Positions 27,001 to 40,501 of a stretch of 64,000 nt of DNA are shown here, in pieces. Under the pieces are notes generated by a model. It was not told where the DNA came from, did no database searches, and saw nothing but the letters and a program-made list of their open reading frames with translations. Within the stretch, counting starts at the first letter, position 1. Each line of letters starts with the position of its first letter. Source of the DNA: Octopus vulgaris (Eukaryota); NCBI GenBank assembly GCA_951406725.2, contig OX597831.1:81902001-81966000 (forward strand). The letters are read 5' to 3'. Made by a program: the position numbers and the translations under genes.

Positions 27001-27192
27001 TATATTACATATATATGAATATATTACATATATACAGGTATACGAATATACATACGTACGTACGTACGTACATACCTACCTACCTACACACATATATATA
27101 TATACATACATATATACATATATGTATGATAGTTTATGTATGTATGCATGTACAGATAATATATATTACGCATATATATATATATGTGTGTA

Positions 27193-27225
<33 letters not shown>

Positions 27226-27318
27226 GAACACATACATATGTATACATATATGTACAAATACATACATACATACATACATTCATACATACATACATACATA
27301 CATACATACATACATACA

Positions 27319-27354
<36 letters not shown>

Positions 27355-28485
27355 TATAGATAGATAGATAGATAGATACTCATATATATATATATATATG
27401 CGTGTATATTAGTACCTATGTATACATACATAAATAACACACACACACACACATACACACACACACCCATATTTAAGTTCAACACATGTGTAGGCAATTA
27501 AACAATGAAGATAGACACACAGACACGAATGCGTGAATGCGAGTAAAACAATAAGACAAACAAACAATTACAGCAACAACAAACACATCAAACAAAACCC
27601 AGTTGTTTGACCGTCATACGTTTTATGGATAACAAACTACAAAACGATAATCATGGGTAATGACGACATAAAACCGATCGTACAAATGGTGACATTTACA
27701 AAATATTTGAGAAGACGTGGTTGGGTGAGGAGAGAGGGAGACTGCGTCTTTGGAAATTTGACCGGAAGAATATGACAACGGAAGGGACGACGAGAAAGGA
27801 CTAAAAAGAATGTTTCATATCAAATGAAGCCATGAAAGAAAATGAGGAATGTTTCCTTGGCTGCTACGAATAGGACTAGCAACGCTGCAGGTTTCTCAGT
27901 GGTGCGCTGTGTGTAGTGTGCTTATAAATGTATGGATATATTTGTCTACCTTACATTTACTATGTAGCTCGTGAAAAGGGACACCTAACTGACGTTAACA
28001 ATTTCAAAGGGACTTGTTGCAGGACGCACACCTATGACATCATGCATATATTACTTATGAATATGTTTATTACGTAAGTTATAGCCATCTTGAAACAGCT
28101 GTCGAGATAAGGTTTTATAAAATCCTTCTCAGCTGTTTTGTTTTCTTTTTCTTTATTTCGTAATCTGTATTTTGTATTTCATGTAACAGGTCTCAAGCAT
28201 AACTTTGTTTATCTACCATATCTCTATATATATTCATACATATGTGTGTGTATACGCTTTTTATATGTGTTATATAAACAGTATGTACGCTCATTTATAC
28301 GTACATATGTGTATATAATTTAATAATCCTGCAGATATGTTGCTTTGTGTATAAGAATGCGTGAGCTAGTCTGGCATAGGTTGTTGATAGAATCTTTTGT
28401 TGTACCCCACACATGTATGTGTGTGCGTGCGCGCGTGCCAATGTGTATGTATGTATGTATGCATGCATGCACGTATGTATATATG

Positions 28486-28517
<32 letters not shown>

Positions 28518-29771
28518 TGTATGTATGTATGAATGTATGTATGTACAGTAAAAGCTGTTGTGCGTAGGTTGCGGTGCCGGGTTGTGTGTAAAGAAAACCA
28601 AACTGGTGAGTCATGCCGGAAGTACTTCACTGGAGCGGTTAACATTAGCAACAAAAAGAACACAAGTAAGTAACAATGATCTATTTTGACTAAAAATAGA
28701 GGAAAATAACGCCTCTGGCTTTTGGGGTTGCTTGCCACAATGAAAGCAAATGCCAGACCCTTGCTAAAGCACAAAACCACGAAATCACTAAGGAGGAAAA
28801 ACACTATAAGGACAGCTGTGCATTGATGGCGAACGCAGAGGTAAACCTCTTCTAGTCTAAAGAATTGGTCACAACAACAACAACAGCAAAAGTTGACGTT
28901 CTTTTAACAAATGCATTTCTTCAAAGTTGAAATATAACAAGGAAAGGATAAGGAAAAACTTGTTAATCTTTCTTGAGTTAGTTTTGGATGATTCTATTAT
29001 CGAGGAGAAATGGCCATCTCTGCGATGCCAGTCTGAAAAGTTGAGCCAATGTCAGGTGATTTATGCCTGGAAACTATGCTTTTTTAATTTTTTAATTTTT
29101 TATTCTAAGCTTAATAATCTAGGGCAGGATGAATTCCGGCAAACAAACTATAAATCACCTCAAACGAAATCCTCAACTGGTTGGTCACTAAGCATAATGA
29201 AGATTTCAAGATTCTTTCACTTCCATTGAAGTCTGACACGCGTAATACTGCCCCTCCCCCCAGTAATAATGCAGTCTTGGGGGAAGAGTATAGGCGAATG
29301 AATCAACCGCAGTGTCTGACTGGTATAATAATCCCGACCAGCAAGTAGCTTATCGATTTGAAAGACACCTTGCGGCAGTAAATAAAGAATAAGTTGGATG
29401 ATTATCGTGGGGATTGAATAAACAACGAAGTGGAGTAAACTCAGTAAATTACTGGTACAAACTTTCTCAATATTCGAGCGGGAGGTGAGGGGAAAGGCAA
29501 AGTCGGTCATGATGGGATTCGAACTTAAAAACCTATTGAGATGAGATTAACCACGATTAGGTGTTGAATCACTTTATTCTACGACCTTTCATTAAACCAT
29601 GGCATCGGTTTATATTGAAATTCACTGGAATATGGCCACCGGGCAGACCTGGTGAAAGGTTACAAAGTGACGAACATCCAAGGCACGCCAGTCTGAGACG
29701 TTCTCACAATATCAGTGAAAGAAATAATAACGGGATATCCAATTCATTTAACTTCCCATGTTGTTGAAAGT

Positions 29772-29859
<88 letters not shown>

Positions 29860-29860
<1 letters not shown>

Positions 29861-30202
29861 CGGAGATGTACTTGCATAGCAAGTGACTTGATCTGAGATC
29901 GTGTGCTGGAACGAAAACAATTGCAGCGTGGAAGATGTTTATAAGCCATTTAAGAAACACACAAAAACTGTTAGATTCACTTCAACATTTAAATTTAATT
30001 TGTCAAAATATTTTCGTCGCTTTGAGACCGCGACATGTTCACTGATGCAGCACGGAGTTTTGACAGTTTTGACAGTTTTGACAGGTCGCGGGTCTCAAAG
30101 CGACGAAAATATTTTGACAAATTAAATTTAAATGTTGAAGCGAATCTAACAGTTTTTGTGTTTCTTAAATGGCTTATGAACACCTTCCACGCTGCAATTG
30201 TT

Positions 30203-30203
<1 letters not shown>
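29860..30203. mobile_element. Fold-back element with ~120-bp inverted arms and a hammerhead-like motif, flanked by long (TA)n
   Basis: Arms 29915-30034 and 30085-30203; the loop contains 3x gttttgaca. Confidence 0.75.
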
Positions 30204-30268
<65 letters not shown>

Positions 30269-31956
30269 CGCTCGTGCACGGTAAAACCATTTGTTCGTAG
30301 ACGATTATCTGCCAATTGCTTGCAATTTTCGATCCTCGGCTAAAAATGCCTCGACATAGAGAAATCATGAGTGCATCTCTGACACCGGTACCATATCTGA
30401 CGTGGGTACGTATCTAGAGCAGGTACCCTTGAGTATATATCCAGTGTGAATATCTTACCTATTGTAGGTATCTGTCTAGCGAAGGTATCTACCAATTAAT
30501 GGAACCGTTAGAGAAATTGTAACAAAACTTCATTTTAAAAAATTCAAAGAAACTCTTTAGCCTCAAACGTAAATATCAGTGCAAAGAGAAAAGAAAACAC
30601 AGAAATTAGGCGGTGCAATTGGAACGAAACTGTTGCGATTATGTAACAGTAATATCGTGGATTGTACGTGTGTGCGTGTGCGTGTGTGTGAGCCGGTACG
30701 AGCCAGTGACACAGTTTGTATGTAGATTATGAGGATCGTATATACATCCCAGTACTGTTTTATAAAAATGAACATTATTTGTATTAACGACATTATACTG
30801 TATTATGTTTCTGTCATCTATTTTATATGTACTATACTATAACAATACTATAGTCTGATATACTATTCTGTACCATGGGTACTAATTGCATTTAGGCAGA
30901 TGTAAGATCAATTTCCAAACACGCAGTTTATCAGTTTGAAAAATCTGAAACCGGAAGAACATCTTCCAAGCAACGCCCTGAAGACAGGTGTTCTACAACT
31001 CCATTTCTTTGAGGAAGTCGAAATTTTAAGTAATTCTATAGCTTTGAAAATTTCTCAAAATCCATACCAAATGGCGCTTAGTAATGCTGTCATCACATCT
31101 CTTGATTTCTTGTGGGAGTGGGCTACGGGCTGATGCTACGAAAATGTACTGCATCTTGTTGTAATTAGTTTTTAGTAAAAATAATACTAACACTAACAGT
31201 AATAATAACAATAATTCTAATAATAACGATGATGATGATTTTTTTTCTCTTATAATAATTTATTTCATGACTTTCGAGTGAGTGCAGTGAATATCTAAAA
31301 GCTAGTCCGCCGTACGTAGACACAGCCACGGCTTAAGGTGTGAACAATGTGAATGCACACGCAGGGTATAGGGTAAGCATGAGTATATGTGAGTGTGATT
31401 GTATGAGATTGTGTGTGTGTGTGTGCGTGTGCGTCTGTGTATGTATATGTGCATTTTGTGGGAAAAAAGTGTGCCAAACTGTTAGCAAAAAAACCCAAAA
31501 ACTAAAGGGGTGTTAGTGTGTAACACACGTATGTAGACATATCTATATACACACAGCACACACAAAGTTTATATTTACATGGTAACTGTATAGATATATC
31601 GATGTATACTTACACAAGACCACGCGCATATACATACACTCACATATAAATGTGTGTACACACACACACATACACACACACTTACTCTATATATAATATA
31701 TATATCCGTACGATACATAGAACATGATAGTTATTAGAGTGCGCATGTGTGTATGTGTGTGTCCCTGAGCGTGAAGTTAAGCCATTGCTTTAAATTCCTA
31801 CCATGGTTTCGTATAAATGATGTCACGCAAGATAAATAATCACAAAACCATGTGTTTGTATATATCTGCATGTCCATCTCTGTGTGAATGCGTGTGCACA
31901 ATTATATACATACATACATATTTATGTACAAATGTATGTATGTATGTATGTATGTA

Positions 31957-32029
<73 letters not shown>

Positions 32030-32135
32030 CTCTCTCTATATATATATACACATACATATACACATTCAAATTCTACCACAAATCCAAATGCCTAAATAAC
32101 CATACAGTATATTTCCACAATACCCCTTAGGTAAT

Positions 32136-32376
32136 CCGGATCTTTTCCTTTTGATGGACGGAATTTCTAGTTAACTAAACAATTTGAAACTTCGTATACT
32201 GGTAGAATGTGTCAAAAGAAAACATTATTTTCACTTGGCTTTTTTGAGAAAATTGTAATTTGTAAGTTTAACGTATTTTAATTCTTCGAATTTTAACCAA
32301 TGAAATGCCAGCATCTGAGCTCAAATCATTTGTTTAGTTAACTAGAAATTCCGTCCATCAAAAGGAAAAGATCCGG
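32136..32376. mobile_element. MITE-like element with 47-bp perfect terminal inverted repeats
   Basis: 32136-32182 is the exact reverse complement of 32330-32376; TAAT on both flanks. Confidence 0.8.
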
Positions 32377-33342
32377 TAATCCCAATAACCTTATAAATCT
32401 ATATTCTAACTCCTAATCCCTATCTAATTCCTCTTTCGTACTCGAATATCACAATAATTTAATTGTGTTTGTATGTGTATGCGTACGTACGTATGTACGT
32501 GTAGGTTTGTATGTATGTGTATATGTGTGTGTATGTATGCAAGGTATATATACCTGCGTGTGCAGGGGTGATAATACATACAGATACACGTATATATGGG
32601 TGTGCGTATATACATATACTCATATGAGTATACATATACATATGAGTGTTGTAAGTGTAGGTGTTGATGTGTTTAAATAGCTACATACATGTTTAATATA
32701 TGCATGTGTATACACCTTCACATATATATATATATATATATTCGTCTACTACTAAGCACCGACCTGTCCTCTAAGCAACCTAACTTTCCAAATTTCCAAA
32801 TTCTTCATTCCACCATTTTACTTCCCTCACTTAGGCTCTATCACTACATACCTGATACTCCTTTACTCTTTACCTTCTCATCTCTTTACACTCTCATATC
32901 TTTCTCTCTCTATCACCCTCATCTCCCCATTTCTTCTATCAATTTATCCTGACTCACCACTAACCAGTACACTTTCTCTCTCTTAATTTCTTTTTTATCT
33001 CTCTCCCCGCTTTCCTTCTTTTTTCCCCTCTATTCCTGTTTATGATTTGACCTTACAAACACATTCCCAACTTTTAAGTCACTTCAAAAAAAGAAAAAAA
33101 AAAAAAGAAACCCTCGATTCAATAACACCGTTTACAAACTCTGTGCTTGGAATGACCAATTTTAAATACTATTGGAACTTAATCACAAGGTATAGGAATC
33201 TTACATGTATACCATTCTACCTAAATAATGGAACTGCAGATACAATATCCCAGCATATCTCATGTCTATTTTCATTCTTCCACTTCACTCTCTATTTCGT
33301 ATCTTATCTAGAATAACTATTTCTTAACCATTTTCTCACACC

Positions 33343-33390
33343 GTCTCCGATGAAGGGATATATAAAATATCCCGGAAACAGCTGTAAGAC
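33343..33390 (+). ncRNA. Minimal type-I hammerhead-like motif (Penelope-type; degenerate core)
   Basis: GTCT-CCGATGA-A-GGGATA-loop-TATCCC-G-GAAAC-AGCT-GTA-AGAC: stems I and II pair, loop 3 is palindromic. Lies in an insert (~32740-33465) flanked by (TA)n. Confidence 0.55.
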
Positions 33391-33455
33391 CTTCTATTTA
33401 TAAAAGTTCTGAAATCTTTCACAGCCTTGGATTTTTATCTCATTCTGTTAAAATT

Positions 33456-33491
<36 letters not shown>

Positions 33492-33909
33492 CCACACACG
33501 CGATCACGCACATGCATACATACAGGAAATTAGGGTTTTAAGAATGATGAAACGATATTACTAAAACGAAATACAAATTCGCACACAAACTTTGGAAATC
33601 AGCACTACACTATATTAATTAAAATCATTTACACAAAAAACGTACATGAACGGACAATATATATGTGTGTGAGTGAGTGAGTGTGTTTCTAAATGTCTAT
33701 CCATTGTTATGTATCAATCTAAAGTCTAAAGTAACACACTGTATTATTCTGAGGACATCAAAATATTATTTAACATAAAAGTTCTGGAAAACATAAAGAC
33801 ACCATTTCATATTTTTGAAACCAAAAACATATCGTGCAGAAACAATTCTTTTTCTCTCTAGTTACGGAAATATTTGAAGAAAAAAACATTTATTGAAAAT
33901 CTATCTACC

Positions 33910-33986
<77 letters not shown>

Positions 33987-34564
33987 TTAATTGGGAGCGA
34001 AACCAGCAGTGCTACCAAAATATGAATAATAAATTGTGTTTAACTTTTTTTTTGTTGCTGTTGGGTTTTAATTACTCCTGACTCTCGTAAACTTCAACGA
34101 AGAACAATAAAAAAAAATTCCAGATATTTTTAGACTTTATATAGACATACATTTAATATATATATATATATACACAGTAAAACAAAGGAACTTCACGATG
34201 CATCATATGCAACATGTCATGCCAACATACATCGTATACCTAAAGACATGCATAAATACAAATATATAGAAGCATTTTCTAAGCAAGCAATCATGCGACT
34301 ATTAACAGGTGTATATGTGTGTGTGTATGTGTGTGTGTGTGTGTGTATATATATTTTTTTATATACGCACACACACACACATACACACACATGCAAACAG
34401 TCGTGATTTTACAGATGTATGTGTGTGGAATAAGATTTGTGAAATTCTTCAACCCTTGTACATATTGCTGTCATCGATGATGGGGATGATGATAATGATG
34501 ATGATATTAACGTACAGATATAGTTGTGTTCAAGTGTGCTTATATCTATGTATACATATAGATG

Positions 34565-34625
<61 letters not shown>

Positions 34626-35196
34626 TGAGAGTTTGTAGTGTGTCTTGCAAATCAATTGCGCTTCAGCAAATATGTTCCCAGCTTCTCCGTGTTCTCCATT
34701 CTTTGGCAATCATTTGGAATTCATGTCTTATCTTTAGTGTTTCTTATTAAAGAATGAAGACGGAAATTTATGTTTTACAATTGAATTATCTGCTTCAGTG
34801 TCATTGATGCCATTTCTGGACGGTACCAATGAGGTATGTGAAATGGACTGACTTCAAATGGGGATCGAAACCAGACTGCTCCAATTGGAACGATATGTAA
34901 TTCATATTGACGCGGTGGAAATAGATTAAAACGATTCCATATATATGATCCGGAATATATAATTTGAACAATTGGGTTGACTCTCTTTTACCACTGTTTT
35001 TTTTCCGTTTCAAGTCTCCCTGCACCTGATTCAGTCGGTAGTTACTCCCAGGTACTCCTAGGTTTCTCCGAGCAATCGGCTTATCAAGCTGCTACCTGAT
35101 CATTTGCGATGGAATTTTACACACCAGCAATGCGCTCAATTTGGTGAGTGGGAACATAGATATGATTGGTTAGGAACACTGAAGTTCCTTTCAGTG

Positions 35197-35228
<32 letters not shown>

Positions 35229-35297
35229 TGTCTGTCTGTATGTATGTATGTATGTATGTATGTATGTATGTATGTATATATATATATATGTATATAT

Positions 35298-35562
35298 AGG
35301 ATTGCGGTTTCGTTTCCCAGACCAGGCGATGTGAGTGTTTATTGAGCGAAAGCACCTAAAGCTCCACGAGGCTCCAGCAGGGGGTGGTGGCGGTCCCTAC
35401 TGTACTCTTTCGCCACAACTTTCTCTCACTCTTTCTTCTGTTGGCCTGCTCGATTAGCCAGCAGGGTGGCGTCATTTGAAGGCTAAAACAATGCGAAGCA
35501 CATTGTGACCAGCGATGTGTAGCAACATCTGATAGCCTGGTCGGTCACGGTGATCACGGTGA
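35298..35562 (+). mobile_element. 5'-truncated tRNA-derived SINE related to 38325-38576
   Basis: ggtttcgtttcccagaccaggcgatg..ttgagcgaaagcacct shares the B-box region with the 38.5-kb element. Confidence 0.6.
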
Positions 35563-36018
35563 GGGAAGCAGCCCCTTTCTTTTCGGTAAAACGATAAAAT
35601 ATGCCCAGTCCACATTTCAAAGAGGGGAAGATGCTTCGAGTCCCGCCCACTCAGTGCAAGCATTGGGGAAAAAGTAAAGAAGCCTTAAAGAAGAGGATAA
35701 TGTTGTTGTTGTTTTTTGTTGATGATGATGATGATGGTGGTGATGATGATGATGATGATGATGATGATGGTGATGATGATATGAACAAAAATAACGTCAA
35801 GAAATTTTGGACAAACACATTTTCTTACAATAACATTGAATAGGGAGCAGGAAGGAAGGAAATTAACATTAAGTTATACGAAAAGGGAGTTAAGTAGAAA
35901 GGCCGCCATTCTGTGGATCTGGGTTTGGACTGTCTTGTGGAGTAATGACTACATAACAGGCACACTAAACTATTTAATCATAGCTACGCTGAAGACCATA
36001 TTAATTGCTGTCATGATG

Positions 36019-36089
<71 letters not shown>

Positions 36090-36468
36090 TTAAGAAAGGC
36101 CGAGCGTTGGATATTTGAAATGATCTTTGATGAGAATTATAAGGTGATACCTGGAACTTTTGACTGGTATAGTTACCTTAGTGTTGTAAACATAGGTATA
36201 TTTTGAATCAGTCTCTTTTATGATTTAGCTGTCCTTGCATGGAATTTTTGTCTGTTTTTTTTTTAAACAAATACTACCCTGAGAAGACTCAGATGCAAAA
36301 AGGTGAATTTTTTATAAATTCTCCAGTGGACATGAGACGAAACAAATTGTTGGAGTTATACTTGTTTTAATTATTTGTTTTATTATAGTATATTAAATCT
36401 TTTTAAAGTATAGTTGTATTATATTATAATATATATCAATTTTTAATATGTCAATTGTATTATCCATT

Positions 36469-36542
<74 letters not shown>

Positions 36543-37127
36543 GTACTTATGTGTGTATGTATGCATACATATTTATATGTATATTACTGCAAGCTACACT
36601 GCATAAGATCTAGAGCCGAAAGTAGTTTTTAATTAACTGAAATTGTAACTATAATTAATGAGAAGGAAAATTCATTTGCATTAATGAAAATTAATGTAAG
36701 TAGGGACAAGGGAGATAGCTTCCAAAATTTTACCTGACCAAAAATTACAGGTATGCAAGGTGTGTGTGTGTGCGTGTGTGTGTCTGATATAATAGGACCA
36801 ATGAGTCTGCATAGAAAAATTATTAATGTCCCCTTTGCATTTCCTAACGAGTCCACCATACTTTAACGTCCAAATATCTAATTAAGCCATGGTGATGAGG
36901 ATGGGGGTGTAATTGCTTTGTTTCTACGTTAATGAATTTGTTCTTCTGTCGTAAATATTTCGGTGATGCACAGGGATATAAAAAAAACTATAGAAATAAT
37001 AATAATAATAATAATAATAAAGAAAGGAGAAGAAGACAAAAGAAGAGGGAGAAAGCTAATGTGTTATTGTGTTCAGAACATTCCACTGAACTAAAACGTA
37101 AACAATAATAATAATAATAATGATAAT

Positions 37128-37163
<36 letters not shown>

Positions 37164-37287
37164 AATAAATAAATAAATAAATAAATAGATATATATATAT
37201 AATGAAGTGTTAGTTTTAGCTATATATATTATATATATGTACATTCATATATATAAACATATAGATATATATATGCATATATATATG

Positions 37288-37367
<80 letters not shown>

Positions 37368-37571
37368 TATATGCATGTACATATATATATGTATATATGC
37401 TCTTGTTCCATGCGCCATATTTCTTGGTCGTCTGAAGAAATATATATATGCATGTATATGAATATGTACATACATATACATATATATACAGATATATACT
37501 CATATACATACATATATGTATGTATATATATATATATACATACACACACATATATATATATATATGTATAT

Positions 37572-37618
<47 letters not shown>

Positions 37619-37969
37619 TATATATGTATGAAGATATAAGACCAAAGGCCGATCCGTTAGTTACGCAGTAGAGAGGTCAAGATATCGCTTTTTAAGAAGA
37701 AACTACCGTAAAGTATTAAGTATTATCGTAGTAATATTGTAATAGATATACATAGAGCCATATATATGTATATAACAACGAGCCATGCCGAGAAAATAAG
37801 AACAAGTAGAGAAAAGAAAGCGTGTTTTCGAGGCATCACCACATTCATAGGAAAGCCTCTCTCATAACACGGAAGAAGCTTTTCATGTCTCCATATAAAG
37901 ACAATCTTCTTTTTCTTCCTGCATTTTTTTTTTGTTGCCTTTCTTATTTATTTTTAATCTATAGCAGAC

Positions 37970-38074
37970 CTCTTTGAACTCCTGAATTTGATTTTGGTTA
38001 AACATGGCAAATATATTCGATGTTGCTCTTTGTGTACGGGGTCTACTGGGATTGGTCTTTTTGCGAGAGGCGGC
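37970..38074 (-). CDS. RLC: RLC alternative exon 3b, smooth/non-muscle type (AASRKKTNPSRPRTQRATSNIFAMFNQNQIQEFKE)
   Basis: tgtttcag acceptor, GAG|gtctgc donor, 105 nt, phase 0/0; parallels vertebrate MYL9/MYL12 [25 protein letters not shown]. Confidence 0.9.
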
Positions 38075-38180
38075 CTGAAACATAAAAACGAGGGAAGAGG
38101 ATTTCAAAGGGTGGGAAGACTATGGAACATTTAACACAAAGTGATTTGTTTATTTCCCCTTTATTTGGTCTGTGTCCTAC

Positions 38181-38231
38181 CTCTTTCAGCTCCTGCATCT
38201 GTCTCTGGGACAACTTCACTCTTTTTGGAGC
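38181..38231 (-). CDS. RLC: RLC alternative exon 3a, striated/mantle type (APKRVKLSQRQMQELKE)
   Basis: tttttag acceptor, GAG|gtagga donor, 51 nt, phase 0/0; matches squid APRRVKLSQRQMQELKE. Confidence 0.92.
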
Positions 38232-38324
38232 CTAAAAATAGTTAAAACTGGTCATGATTACTGTGCAAAACAAATTTTTAAAAATTAGTAATAATAATAA
38301 TAATAATGAAAATAATAATAATAA

Positions 38325-38576
38325 TAAATGCGCCCTTTTAAAGCCTGGCCAGGCTCATGGGCCCGGTTTCCCGGTTTCAATGGCGTGTGTGTTCCCCAGC
38401 TGGACCGGACGCCAATCCATCGCAGCGTTACTCATTTTCGCCAGCTGAGGGGACTGGAGCAACGTGAAATGAAGTGTTTTGCTCAAGAACACAACGCGTC
38501 GCCTGGTCCAGGAATCGAAACCACAATCTTACGATCATGATGCTGACACCCTAACCACTAAGCCACGCGCCTCCAC
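38325..38576 (-). mobile_element. tRNA-derived SINE within (AAT)n
   Basis: Minus strand has A-box TGGCTTAGTGG and B-box GGTTTCGATTCC, body ttcttgagcaaaacactt, (TTA)n tail. Confidence 0.8.
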
Positions 38577-40203
38577 AGTAATAATAACAATAATAAATAA
38601 TTGGAACAAAGAGAAAGAAAGCAAGAATTAATTGTGTATGTGGCAGGATTAAAAATCGAAGGATAATCTGATTTGCAGGTTATTTTCAGTTGCTTTCATT
38701 GCTGCTGCTCGAATTGGTTCCGATCAAATCCAGATTTTGTCTTCAACTCAGAGCTGACCGAAATCACCGGCGAGTTCTGTGATTTCTGTTTTTTGTTCAA
38801 GGACCGAACTAAAGAAACAGTTATTAATAATATAGTGCTCTGGCTATTGACAATAGTACAGGTTTACTGACCTATGGTACCTGTTTGTTATGAGGAGGAA
38901 CGAGGCAGCGAGAATTAAGAACTGTCTCTAATAGCTATGACATAACTAAGTTGTTGATCACATGACATCCACATTGTCTTGAGATAAATGTATCCTATTT
39001 TCTTACCCTAAAATTAGTTGAAATAGGATATTTTTTTATAACTGCTGTCGAGAGGGATGAGATATAAAAGAAATATAAATGTGTGGCTTCCATGCATGTC
39101 TTCTGTGCAGCAGGGAAAAAAATATGAAGATCAGTGACTGCGTGGATTAAATATTGAATTTCGTCTGTTCTTCCGAGTCTGCAAGACGAAATTCAAATCT
39201 GGTTGCAAAACTTCAGCTGTGTCGTCTATGGCTACAACACCTGAATCTTCTGTAAAAAAGTTCTTGTTTAATCAAGTGAATGGGGTGACTTGCTGTTTAG
39301 ATTTTAAAACGAAATCTACAAAGTAAAATTCTTCCTTGATCTGAAATGGAAAATAAAAGAGTTAAAATTTATCCTAATTCTTTCTCCGACCAGTCGCTTT
39401 TTCCCCCCATTTTTCCTTCGTTTTTTAGCAAATTGTTCCTCTGGTTTTTGTTGGTATTTTGTGTTTACCGACAGTCGCTTGGTGTTTTTGTACCAGTTAT
39501 ATTCGAGAGAAAAAGAACAGCTGATAGGTTCATCATCAATACCCCTATAATAAACATCAAAACCAGAAATGGTGATGAAACCAGTCATATATTCGGCGAA
39601 TGTTCTCAGCGGAAGCGAGAATTCTGAGCTAAGAGAACATGGAAATAGAAAAAATATATTAATACTTCACCAACACAAAATATTGGATATTTTAAAGAAA
39701 GAAACCTTTTGATGTAAATTAAAGGCGACAATTCTCCAGAATATATTGCCATTAAGTTTGATTAAACACAAGACTTTACATAGAATTCAGTAATTGGTAG
39801 AAATTAGATATCTTCATCTCTTAACGAGAATAATGCAATATTTTATGTTGGTGGCGATATAAACAAATATAATAATACACTTTATTTTATTCTTTTACTG
39901 GGTTCAAGCAATGAACTGCGGCCACGCTGGAGCACTACCTTTAGATATGTTACTCGGTTGTATCGACTCCAGTACTTTGTTATATATTTTATCGATCCCG
40001 TCCGTAGTCGATTATTGAAAAGCAAGTCGACCTTGGAGCACACTGAAGTAATTAGGACGGAGCTAAATACCAAAAGGTATTTTCTTTTGTGCTTCGAATA
40101 TATATGCATGTATATGCATGCGCACACACACACACATACACACTCACACACACTCACACATTCATACACATGCACCGCGTACACACACATATATACATAT
40201 ATA

Positions 40204-40269
<66 letters not shown>

Positions 40270-40501
40270 CACGCGCACACATACACACATACATACATAC
40301 ATACAATACATACATACATACATACATACATACATACATACATACATACAATACATACATACATACATACATACATACATACAATACATACATACATGCC
40401 TGCATACATGCATATACAGTATATATATATATATAGTCCGATTCGATAATCCGGTAAAAGACAAAGAATAAGAAAGCGGTGTTCGTCTTGGATATACTTA
40501 C

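Noticed and set aside
37883-38107. 74-aa ORF as a stand-alone RLC gene or pseudogene
   Set aside because: Only 38074-37970 is RLC-like, and it is bounded by AG/GT; it is an alternative exon of the surrounding gene.
38480-38576. tRNA gene
   Set aside because: The tRNA-like head continues into a SINE body and tail, and I could not build a convincing cloverleaf.
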